A stretch of DNA of 64,000 bases from Vicugna vicugna (lineage: Eukaryota): positions 1,793,280-1,857,279 of the forward strand of contig MU063057.1 of NCBI GenBank assembly GCA_013265495.1, written 5' to 3'. A program made the position numbers and the translations under genes. The notes under the pieces were generated by a model. It ran no database searches. It had not been told where the DNA came from and saw only the letters and a list, made by a program, of their open reading frames with translations. Below, piece after piece: positions 47,728-58,829 of the stretch (position 1 is the stretch's first letter; each line of letters starts with the position of its first letter).

Positions 47728-48777
47728 CTTTGGTGCGTGCTATTCACGTTTTCCAGTAAATTTCTCGCTCAGACATTCTTTTAAATGGTCTAGTTTTCTT
47801 AAGCCCCACTATTTCCTATGAGAAAGGACACTCAGACAAGAAAACACAGGCTATCCTAAGTCATGTATTTTAAATGTTCCGCGAGCTTGGAAGGAGAGCA
47901 GGAAACTCGTCCCGCCCATCCTTTCTTAACTTCCAGCCTTCGGATAGGCATTAAAAGAGGCGGGCAAGAAAGGCAGTGACGTGGCAAGTTTCTGGAACCA
48001 TCACAACTGCGGTAGCGCCATCTGCAGGCCACACGCTGACACGGAAGCACCGTGCAGATCTGACTGAATGAAGCCCGAAAGCAGAGACGACCATCTCTGT
48101 GGACTTCTGAGCAGGATCATTTTTTGAATTTTGGAAACTTCTACCGTAACTCAGTTCAGGGAAAGTTACATTTGTTGCCTTTTAACTGCTTCCCATCTCA
48201 TTGTAGAAAGTCTAACACAACAAGATAAAAACAGAAGGCTCAGCTATTCCCATTAAAACAGAACTAGAGAGGTTTTCAAGTGAGACGATCAGAACACGTG
48301 AGTAACTTGCTGTGTATTTATACGACCGGCAGCACCGGACGACAGGCCCATTCTGAGTTTCAAAAACCACTGAGAAACATCCAGGGTCTGTTCGCTCCAC
48401 TAAAATTGCAAACAGTAAATTTCAGAAATCATCCCAGAGCAGTCCGAGCCTGCACCAGCAAGAGCATGTGTGCAGGTCTCCCATCTCACACCTCCCGTCG
48501 GCTCGGGTCACAGTGAGGTGGAACAGGGCCCTGAGCACGCCTCCTGGGGCGCTGGGCGCAGGTGCTGAGCGGCAGCCCCCCCCCTCCAGGACCGCGGTCC
48601 CGGCAGCTCGCAGGGCGGGCTCCGGCCGTAACCACGCCTCCCGGCGGGACCCGCACTGTCTGGGCTGCTGGTCACAGGAGGTGCCCTCCCACCCGTAATC
48701 AACAACTGCTGAACACCCTGTAGAGTGGTTCGCAGATTTAAGCCTGCCAGCCCTCTGTGAGGTGGACATGCGCCCAC

Positions 48778-48912
48778 CTGGACGAGCTCACTGAGCATGT
48801 CGACATTCCTGAAGATGGTGAACCAGAACTCCGGGATTCCTCTAGGGTTTGGCTCTTCTGCTGCTGCTGCTGCTTCTTTTTCTGCTATGACTACTTTGTT
48901 TTTCATGTCCCC
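48778..48912 (-). CDS. NAP1L4: NAP1L4 exon GDMKNKVVIAEKEAAAAAEEPNPRGIPEFWFTIFRNVDMLSELVQ
   Basis: 135 nt, TTTTTTAAG|GGG acceptor, CAG|GTGGG donor; GIPEFW NAP motif. Confidence 0.96.
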
Positions 48913-50145
48913 CTTAAAAAAAAAGTAAAATAAAACACCACAAAGTAACAAGTTTACAAATAACCCAATGGCTTAATACAAAACATTATTTCAAAATCCC
49001 ATGTAAACTTCTAAAGTTGTCCTTCGAATCTTCGCCTCTAAGACCCACTGTGCCCATCACAATTTCAAACGATTCCAAGAAGAAAGGCGTTCCATCCAGG
49101 AGTAACTTCATGCTTCAATGTCAGATCAAGGGGAAGAAGCTGAATCAAGAGCTGGTATGATGCCCCCCATCTGGGAAAGGCCGTCTAGTGCCGGCTCGGA
49201 GACACCCATCTCGGGGCAGGCAGCACCGACGTGCGCCCCAGCCACGCTGCACACCCGCCTACACGGAGGGAGAGGTCAGGACGGAGGCACAAGGCAGACA
49301 CAGGGCGGTGACAGGAAAGGCCCTGTGGCCACGAGGAGGGGAGTCTTTTCCAACATCACAGCCTTGACACGATTCTTAGAGAAAATGATTACAGGGGTGT
49401 TTGAATTAACAGAGGCAGATTTTCCTCAAGCAACAAAGACTGGCTCATAACTACATGGATACACCAGCATGGCTTCAACTATGCCAGATTTTTAAAGGAT
49501 CAAGAACATACGTGGCTACCAAAACTAACATTATACACTTTCAAAAATCTCTAAGAATTTATATTATAGAACAAAAACAGCTACTTGTCTCCCAAACATA
49601 AAATCAGGCTGACAAAGTTCACCCTGCCATGCTGGGACTCCCCACGGCACTGGAATGATACTTGTCACCAGAAAAAGGCTGTAAGCAGGTGACCGACAGA
49701 CAGGGCACATCACCGAAAGGACGTGGAACCCAGCAACCTAGAGCAGCGAAGTGCACCTGGCTACGGCGCTGGCACTGCTGGTCCCTGAGCAGGACGGCTC
49801 CGACATCTTCGGTGTGCTCTCCCCGGGCGGGTCTTTGCTCTTTCAACTAAGACTTCTCCTGATGGTTCCATCTCTGTTCCCCTGGTCCCTTAGCTCACTG
49901 TACTACTGTGCAGAGTCGTCACAGGTGACTTGAGTCTGGTCCGTCACACTGACAGACAGAACCCAGTCCAGTGCCAGGCCTGCAGGCTGCTCAGTTCCAC
50001 TGCCATAAAGGAACATGAACACCCAGCCTCAGCTGGAGCAGCACCTGCTGCCAGCAGCTCTCTCCCACAGCTCAAAGCCACTGAAACTATCCTATTTCTA
50101 GCAGCACTGGAACAGAACACAAGTTGCACTCATTAGGAAACTTAC

Positions 50146-50232
50146 AGCCAGCTTGTCCTCCTCTTCATTCTCACTGTGCCACTCGGACTCTGCGTCTGTG
50201 GGCTCAGCATCACCGGTGACGAACTCCCTTCT
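50146..50232 (-). CDS. NAP1L4: NAP1L4 exon RREFVTGDAEPTDAESEWHSENEEEDKLA
   Basis: 87 nt, CTTAG|AGA acceptor, GCT|GTAAG donor. Confidence 0.94.
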
Positions 50233-50464
50233 CTAAGTGAAGACGAAACCTTCTGAGTTACGTTCAGTTACTCACACAATCGAGAGCTAAGACAACGAGA
50301 CTGTAAATGAAGTGTGGGGAAACGGAGTGCTTTTATAACTTATCTTAGGATTCTAAGTTTTAGGGCTTCAAGAATAATATCCAGTGATTCACTGGGTATA
50401 TCTGATGTTTCACCTAAAGGAAGATTTGAAATACACTGATTAAATTTTTCAGCAGAGCCCCTAC

Positions 50465-50606
50465 CTTGTCAAAGAGAGGCTGGTATAAGGCTGCGTACTT
50501 CCTCTCCAAGTCGTGGACCTCTTCGTAGAACTTGGCTTCTATGTGAGCACATTTCACCTGCAGCTGTTTCAATGCATTGATCCTTCTTTTTACTGCCTTA
50601 GGTAAA
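50465..50606 (-). CDS. NAP1L4: NAP1L4 exon LPKAVKRRINALKQLQVKCAHIEAKFYEEVHDLERKYAALYQPLFDK
   Basis: 142 nt, CTTTCAG|T acceptor, AAG|GTAGG donor. Confidence 0.96.
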
Positions 50607-50886
50607 CTGAAAGAGGGGACAAGACAACAAAACACCCATACGTCTGCAACATAAGGTGGCATGCACAGAATTAACCACCTTACCATGAAGAAAAGCTCCT
50701 AAAAATCATGAAGGACACCCCTGCCGCCTCCCCCAAGAGCAGGGTGGTGAGGGAGGAGGAAGCTGAAAACATAATCCACGAAACAAAAAAACACAAACAA
50801 CCAAACATCAAAGAAAGAGCCAATCTCACAAAACATCCAAAAGAACGCAAATTTAAAAGAACTGCTGTCTTTTCCTTAACAAATCG

Positions 50887-50888
<2 letters not shown>

Positions 50889-50921
<33 letters not shown>
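50889..50921. repeat. A33 homopolymer
   Basis: Direct count. Confidence 0.95.
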
Positions 50922-50923
<2 letters not shown>

Positions 50924-52990
50924 CAGGTTTGGTGAGGCTGGAAGCAGAGGCCCTCTGACTCATCTTTCTTAAGGGCAAACAAGATCCTTGGAAATGTTCT
51001 TTGGATCTACTTCTAAGACTATATCCTAAGGAAATAACAAAGTATTTAGTTTATATGCTGGAATGACCACTGATGCATCATCTACAGACTGGAAACAATG
51101 ACAAGATGTGCAGAATTAAAGCAGGGCCTGTCCTCAGCCACGTCCTCGAGGGGGACTCAGGGCCACGTCAAGTGCTCGTACTGACCCTGACCCTGACCCA
51201 GGGAAAATCAGAGACAACACAGCCAGGGCCTCTGTTCTCTTCTAGAGTCAGAGAACTGGGAGCTTCTTTGCTTTCTGATACTTTCCCCTCTTCTTAAAAA
51301 TACGTTTGCTTGTATGCATTGCTTTTATAAATTAGAAGAAACCATTTTAAACCCATCAGAATCACTTGTTTAACTTAAAGCTCTCAGTCACGCTCTAGAA
51401 CCAAGAGCAGATTCCTGGGACTCTCAAAGCCCCACAGTCCCTGTTAGTGGGCCCAGGTCCCGCCCTCTGGGTGCTTCTCTCCCGCAAGGGCAGGGCCGAG
51501 AGCACACAGCACCAGGCAGCTCTCCAGCACAGCGCTGTTCAGGAAACGCAGCATCCGGGGGGAACTGGTCCCAGGAAGCTGCGGGCACCTCAACCCCTGG
51601 ATGCTCCCGCCCCTCGCATGGAGCGGGCTGGTGTGTGCACGCGACCCAGCACACCCTCCTGCGACTACCGCCAACAACCAGCACAATGTAAACGCTATGC
51701 ACACAGCTGCCGGTGTAGGACAAGTTCAGTTTGGCTTTTTGGAACTTTCTGGGAAAGCCCTCCCCTTACTTCTGACCTGCGGTTGGTTGAAACGGCAGGT
51801 GCAGAACCCACAGAACCAGCGGATGAGGAGGGTGGACGGTACAGGAGCAGTCCTGAACCACAAAGGACCCCTGTCCCGGGACGCCCACGCGCACGGCAAC
51901 CTCAGTTTAGGCAGAGGTCCTTCACCAAAGACTCCCAGCAACAGCTGCCCCGCGAGAGCACGGGCAGCAGACGAGGACAAAGGAAAGGCAGAGAGCCGAG
52001 CAGAGCAGCAGACACACGGCACCACCTGCGCTTCTTTTCGTCGCTGATTACACACCTTGAACACCTCCTGGCTTGCAAAGCCTCCTTAATGGAGTAACGA
52101 GAAGGCTTCTAAGCCAAAGGGCACCCCCACCGCCTTCCAAACAGTAACCGCAACGACACACCGTCCTCCCTGCCCCGTGCGTCCGGCGTGGAACAAACTC
52201 TGCCCCCACAAAACCGTTCCCACACCCGCATTTCCTCTGAGAGAACGCCCCCCCATTCACTCAGTTCCCAAATACAGAAAGCCAGAAACCATCGCTCACA
52301 CTCCTCTACCCGCCCCCTCAGTGTCGCTACACCCCACTGACTAAGCCTGCGAAATCTCACAAGACCATCCCCACCGAGTCCCCTCCCAGAGAACCCTCTA
52401 CACTGATGGGCAAAGCTGACCGCAAGTGTGCCCGCCCTCCCGTAACGGACCCCAGGAGCATCGTCAGGCCCACGTGGGGACCAGTGTGCAGTGGGCGCAG
52501 CTCGGCCTTGGGAGGAGGACACCCAGGCTCTGAGAAGAGGACTGGAGGGTGGGTGTCCCCGTTGTCCCCCCTGTGCAGCACAGCCAGGACACTGGCCTCC
52601 TCCCAACACGCAGGTGTGGCTCCCACAGGTGATGGAGGAGAGTCAGGCAGGAGCGGTTCTCTTGGCCAAATACAAGCCACCGTGAAGAGACAGCACTCCG
52701 CCTGCCCACCTGGTCCAAGCCCCCCGCTATGGCCTCCTTGTCCCCCTGACTCCCCTGAATGGGGGAAGTCCTCTACTATCGCCAAGGGCGGCACTGTGCC
52801 CTCACCTATGAGCTAACAGGATGGTCCCATATCATGTTCTAACCCCAGCCCTTGTTCTGGAACCCGACGCCTGACTCTCAGGAGGCAACGTCTGCCAAAC
52901 AAAAACGTACTTCTTCCTGGTCTGAGGGCGCGGGAGAGCTTTCCCTTTGTTTCTTAAAGCTGTATCGAGCCTCGCTTGCAGCATACTCAC

Positions 52991-53090
52991 GTCTCGATGT
53001 AGCTCGAAGGAGTGTGGGAGACACTGTCAAGTCGTTCCTGTAAAGCTGCCAGAACTTGTGGATTCTGCATCACTTGATCTGTGAGCTTTT
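52991..53090 (-). CDS. NAP1L4: NAP1L4 exon (E)KLTDQVMQNPQVLAALQERLDSVSHTPSSYIET
   Basis: 100 nt, AATAG|AA acceptor, GAC|GTGAGT donor. Confidence 0.94.
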
Positions 53091-53949
53091 CTATTAAGAG
53101 TTTAAAAAAACAAGGCCAAACACGTCAGCTATGCCCACCACACAACAGAGCCAAGAGTCAAATCGCCAACACATAGACTAGCTTTATCTACTTCAATTTC
53201 TAAAGGCAGGAAGTGGCTTCTTAAAAACATGTTTCAAAAACACTTATTTTTAAAGGCATTTGATACTCACTGTTAATCTCCCAAGTGGACAGCTGTAAAT
53301 CCACTGAAGGACCCAGAGCCCTGACTCTCCCCTGGGCTGTCTGCACCCCACATCCCCCTACTGAGGGCACTGCCACTTGCTTGGTTCAGGCAGCCTATCT
53401 CCTGTCACCTCGCCTTCTCTGCCCAGGTCCCTTGGTGGGGCCCAGGAGCTGAGGACAGGGACGGGCACCTGGGCCTCAGAGTAATCAGCACCCACGGGCA
53501 CCCCAGTTCACAGCCCAGGAAAGCATGACTCCCACCAGTCCGCAGGAGGCGCCAGGCTGCCCGGCGCTCTTGGCCTCCACCTTCACCTGCAGTGCCCTTC
53601 TGCCCAAACCCACCTCAAGGCCCTGCCTGACCACCCCTGCCAAAGCCACCTGCTTTGTCCACCACGCTGCCTTACAGCTCACACACTCTATACTGGTTCC
53701 CACGAATAAACAGGACCCCCAGAGGTCAGTTGTCCCAGTGAGCGGCACACGCTCTGTGCTGAACCAATTCCCTCCTAGGGACCCTATACAGAAACCCAAA
53801 CTTAGCGCCTTCACCTACTCAAAAGGAAGCACACACCTGAGTTCTACCTTTGCAGGACAGTGACGCGGGAGCTGAACACAAGTCGGCACTCAGTTTAACA
53901 TTCAGCTCCAAGCACAAGCACTAACTTGAACCTGAAGGTACGTAAGTGT

Positions 53950-55150
53950 GCAGATATAAAACCGTATGCGTGTGTAACACGTAAATACCACACGTACACG
54001 CAAACATGCATCTCTAGCACCAGCCGCTGAGAGGCCTAAATCCGTGACAGATGGCACCTATACTTTGGGTTTTAAATCTCCCTCCACCAAAAGTCACAGG
54101 GCCTCTTGCACAAACGGAAGACTCCAGGTCTAGGACAGGGAAAGTTCAAGAGAAAATGGATCGCTTGTGCCACAAAGTTAGAAAGTACTCAAAATTAGTG
54201 GGGACACAGGAAAAGGACATAGAAGCCAGCTTAAAGGGACCCCCCCGCTCCACTGTTCAAAATGAATGATGGCAAATGATAAATCACTGAATAAAAAGCT
54301 AATCCATGAGTCTACAGTAACATTAAAATGGGGTGGGGGGAGTAGGGAAGGAAAGCTTTCCTTTACTATATGTAATATGTTAATAAGATCGGCAGAACTA
54401 GAAAAACGCCCTTTTATAACCACCAATGTCATCACTGATTTGCAAGGATCACCAACTGTGCCACAATCCTGGTGGGAAAGTTTTATGGAGAACAGGACTC
54501 CCACAGGGCATCCGATAGCTCACTTACGCAAAGGACCCTGAAGTGTAGAAACCGGCAGGCACTGTCTCCACCAAGTCACCAATCTCAGTGCCCCCGTCAC
54601 CAGCCCACCTGCACCTCCCACCCTCTCAGGGCACCACGTGGCAGTCTTGCTAAAACGTTTCCCCTGAGCCTAATGAGGAGGAGACAGGCCAATCCAGGGT
54701 GTGGGCACGCTGTAAGACAGGGGACACACAGCCTGCTTCAAGGAAGAGGAACAAGGTAGTGGGTAACCCTAGAGTGAGAGAGACAGAAGTAAATGCAATA
54801 CACAGCCCCTGGCCAGGCCTGATTTCGCGTTGGGGTGCAGTGAACGGGGCCACACGTCAGCCACCAGGATGCAGTGACGTTAGACTGCTTGGTTGTGGTA
54901 GCTGCATGTGGTCATAGGAATTTATCCCGGTTTTTAGGAAATTTACACTAAACTGTTTTAGGAGAAAAGAGCCAGAATATCTACAACTTGTTTTCAAACA
55001 GGTCAGAGAGGAAAAAAAGGATCTATCTATAGGTCTGAAAACGGGGGGAAAATAACACACCTATCAATATATGATCACACCAAAATGACATGGTATCTGG
55101 GACCTGCTTCCGAGCACTCGGGGTGGGAAGGAAAGGCACAGGTGCAGGCA
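53950..55150 (+). mobile_element. Fragmented old L1 3' region (L1MC/L1MD-like)
   Basis: GAAGCCAGCTTAAAGGGACCCCC, ATCCATGAGTC, GTGACGTTAGACTGCTTGGTTGTGG...CATAGGAA segments; boundaries approximate. Confidence 0.55.
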
Positions 55151-55433
55151 GGCCAGGCGTCTGGGGCTCGGCGCTAGCCCTGCGTGGCGCGGGTACGGAG
55201 AGCGCCTGCGCCGGGCACTTTCCTTCTGCAGAGGCTGAATTTCCTAGAGTAAAATGCTTTTAAATGATGCAGATTTCATTTCAATTATTCTAACTTTGCT
55301 GAAGTCTTTAAAGTTTAGTAATTATAGTAATCCTGTACTTGAATCACTTCTTTTATTTCAGTAAATGGTTCAAAAGTAGGAGCCTCCCTGCCCTGCATGC
55401 GAACAGTTCAATTTCCCACTGCAGTGAACTGAC

Positions 55434-55492
55434 CTGTATTACTTGCATTTTTAGCAGCTTCCAAGGAATCTGAAGGAACCCCATCTGAAAAA
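55434..55492 (-). CDS. NAP1L4: NAP1L4 exon (S)FSDGVPSDSLEAAKNASNT
   Basis: 59 nt, TTTTAG|T acceptor, CAG|GTCAGT donor. Confidence 0.93.
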
Positions 55493-56256
55493 CTAAAACA
55501 TGTTTAAAAAATATTACTCTACAGGAAGTTCAAAAGATAAATAGCTCAAGGGTGTTTTTCTTTTTCTTTCTCTCTTTTATCAGTAACATTTACTGAAGGG
55601 ATGGATAAATACACAGAGAAACATACTTGACAGCAAGCCATCAAACTGGTAGCCAGAGGGTGTTTTTCTAACTTAATATATTAAAGAGGTGTCTCTAAGG
55701 TGACTTCAGATTTGGGCAGAAGAGAACTCTGGACACAGATGTGATGTATAAAACACTTTCCTCACTGTTATGTTAAAAAAGCAGCCTTGCCAAGCTGTTA
55801 GGACAGGTGTCCACAGAGGCTCTGTGACACAGCCACACAAAGTTCTAAAAACAAACTTCATGAACACAGGTCTAGCAGTCTTCAAAGATGCCTGGACACA
55901 CCCCCACTCACCAAACACAAGCCACATCAAACACAATGCATAACCCGCCGTGGCCTTCAGGGCAATCTGCAAAAGTCTCCCACTCGACCCCTGGAAGCTA
56001 CGGGGATACCAGGGTGGTGTCAAGATCTTCCAAGAGCTGCTCACCCAGGAGGTGCCAGGGCTCCTCATGAAGGCCTGAGACATTCCCACACCCAAAGCCA
56101 GTTCTCTATGGGCTCAAATACACAAGCGGGGTGTGGGGGTGGGCACGGGAAGCCAACAGCTGGAACGGCTAATGCTGTTTGCTGAAGTAATAAGGCTGGG
56201 CTCTTGTCACCGACTAAAATTTTAGACTCCAATAAACAAAGTCCGTTCTGGCTTAC

Positions 56257-56270
56257 CTGTTATCTGCCAT
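56257..56270 (-). CDS. NAP1L4: NAP1L4 first coding segment MADN(S), in a 31-nt exon spanning 56257-56287
   Basis: TTTGTAG|GGGACAAAAGCATTCAG ATGGCAGATAACAG|GTAAG. Summed exons give 1125 nt of open frame to ...EINPK. Confidence 0.92.
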
Positions 56271-56379
56271 CTGAATGCTTTTGTCCCCTACAAATTAAAA
56301 AAGAAGTAACGTTACTAAGTATTCAGAAACAAAAAATATTCAAGTGTACTCTTTTGACAGTGATTTACTGTGGGAGATG

Positions 56380-56700
56380 AGGGATCTCCTAAGGAGGGGC
56401 TCGAGGAACTTTCTGGGGTGCTGGAAATGCTCTAGACCTTGAGCGGGGTACTGGTTACTTGGATACACACACTTGTCAAAATCCATCAAATTATACACTT
56501 GAGGTGGGAGGATACAGCTCAGTGGTAGAGCACATGCTTGGCATTCACAAGGTCCTGGGCTCAGTCCCCACAACCTCCTCCAAAAATAAGTAAGTAAGTA
56601 AGCCTAATTACCCCCTCACCAAAAATAGAAAGTAAAAGTAAAAAAGTAACTATACACTTAGGATCTGTGTTTCAGTGCAAGCACATTTTATTTATAAAAA
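56380..56700 (+). mobile_element. Old L1 (L1MC/L1ME-like) 3' end, split by the SINE
   Basis: GGAACTTTCTGGGGTGCTGGAAATGCTCTA...TTGTCAAAATCCATCAAATTATACACTT is typical of old L1 3' termini. Confidence 0.65.
56501..56647 (+). mobile_element. Camelid tRNA-derived SINE inserted in an old L1 3' end
   Basis: SINE head and tail flanked by a 12-bp target duplication AA(T/C)TATACACTT at 56489-56500 and 56648-56659. Confidence 0.85.
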
Positions 56701-58119
56701 ATTTCTCTTGTTGGCACTCAAATGACCAGACTTCAGAACAAAGACAATCAATTTGAACTTGCCTGATCTCTATATTGAGTTTAGTTTAAAGTAATCCAGA
56801 GCATTTACTGGTGTTCATATTGCCTTTCAAACTCTAACTCACCGGGCGGTTTTACTTTGCTGTGTTCTATCAGCTCCACACGAAGGCGCGGGGCTTGCGT
56901 AAAACGTACGTAACATCCTCAGTATGACCCCACTTCCACAAGACACGTATGAAGAAGGATTTACAGCCTAGAAGACTTTCACCTACAGGTGTTAAAGGTG
57001 GGTTCTAGGATATTTACTTCTTGAACAGAACATTCTATTAGTACAATTTCAAACCCTATCTAAACGCGTAGCTATAGAGTCAGGTTTGGGGATGGAACTG
57101 CTTATTCCCAGACGTAGGAAATACACTTCAGAGCCCCTCTGAAGGGTGGTTCCCAGCCGACAGCTGGTCGACGTCTCATTCTTACGCATCTGAGAGAAGC
57201 CCAAACCCCTCAATCAGTGCTTCAGGGTCAAACAAAACAAGAATAACCCTTCATACTTAAGAAAAGCAGCTCCAGTTGGAATTTATGAACTACAACTGTT
57301 CTGTATTCAACTCGACCGCATCTTTCTTAGGCCATTTTGTTTCAGAATAAAACATGTCAACTGCCTTTAAAGTTAAAAATACTACATAAATGTTACATTA
57401 TTTTTTTCAAAAAGCTAAATGAATTAAGGAAGCAAATAAAAACCAGAAGGAAAAAAAAAAAAACCCTTCAAGGGTCCCTATCACGGCTGAGTCCAGAGTC
57501 AGTCCACCCAGAAATCCCAATCCCCAGGCTCCCTGGCTCAGCTCCTCTGCCGTTTGCTGCGTGCACACAGCTGCACCTGGGGTATTCACTCCCAAGCTAG
57601 TATGTTCTGCTTTTTCATGTATTATAAATGCAAAGCGTGAGACACACAGAGGTTGGTCTTCAAAGTAACACCTGACACCAAAATTTTAAGAGCAAATACT
57701 TTTACCTGTTACCGGCTGTTAAACACTGCGGTTTCCCCCGCGATACACCTCTGATACCATCTGTACAAACACGTCTTAGTTTACACGAGATCTTATCCCG
57801 AGTTGTCCTGCATTGAGACGGCAATAGCAGGATTTCCGGGTCAAAGACCGTAAGTGGATCGGGTACCTACAGCCAAAAAGGTTCCAGGCAACTCTAATTT
57901 GTCCACATAATTAAACTCTCCATTGTCTAACTAACACATCCAACTGCACCTTCTGTGCAGACCACATCCACATCAAACACTCTCCTGCGGCAGCTGTCAC
58001 TGCCAGCCTAATGGACCAAGTCCAGTTCTCACCACCCAATTCCAACACCTCCTGCACCAATGACAGTACCTACAGGGTAGGTACTTCCCACATTTCATAC
58101 CCTCACCAACTCTGGCAGG

Positions 58120-58218
58120 GAGGAGGCACTCCCAGCATACAGGAGAGGACACCAAGGATGAGGAGGGTGAAACGCCTAGTCCACGGCCACCTGGCTAGTT
58201 AAGATGTGGACTTGGGTT
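58120..58218 (+). mobile_element. MIR fragment truncated by the LTR
   Basis: CCTAGTCCACGGCCACCTGGCTAGTTAAGATGTGGACTTGGGTT follows the MIR consensus and stops at the LTR end. Confidence 0.45.
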
Positions 58219-58607
58219 TGTCAACTTGAAAGAAAGGAGGTAAATGAAGGCAAACATGAGTTACCAGAAAGCAAGTTTATTCGGGAATCGCAGAGAAACC
58301 GCGATTCAGGACACGCCGACTACAGCGAGCTACAGGTGAGTCTGTTGAGGCGCAGCAGGGGTCGCTTCCATTGGCAGCGTGCAAAAGGGGAAAACCCCAC
58401 TAGGGGTCAGCAGCAAGTCCACTGGCTCCAAGGTTGGGAGAGATTCTTGGCAGATCCTCACTGTTTGGAAGGTAAGTTTCGATCTTTTGTAAATCAAACT
58501 CTGATGGGAAATCAGTCCCACCACCTTTGACTCTGTTTTCCGAGAACACATGCACGAGACTCTCCACTTCACAGCCTTTGGTTTCATTTCAGATTAAAAT
58601 TCTTTCA
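58219..58607 (-). mobile_element. 3' LTR of class I (ERV1) provirus, ~389 bp
   Basis: Starts TGAAAGAA immediately after a polypurine tract, ends ...TTCAAGTTGACA, has AATAAA at 58276-81; MIR-like sequence runs up to 58218. Left boundary uncertain by about 15 nt. Confidence 0.75.
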
Positions 58608-58621
58608 CGCTCCTCCCTTTT
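58608..58621 (-). other. Retroviral polypurine tract AAAAGGGAGGAGCG
   Basis: Purine run directly 5' of the LTR TG on the minus strand. Confidence 0.7.
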
Positions 58622-58829
58622 GATCAAGCTCTTTCACAGGAAGTGTCACCGGTCAACCTTACTGTACGGGAATCCCACTTAATCAAAGGTGTCACTGGCC
58701 CCAGTGGCTTATGTGTCACTTGGAGCAGAGGAGACCCAACCTTGGACGTCTCGTCCCACAGACAAGGGAAACCACAAGTGGCTACCTGGCCTCATCTGAG
58801 CAATGAAACAACCCTTGAGAAATGGGGAA

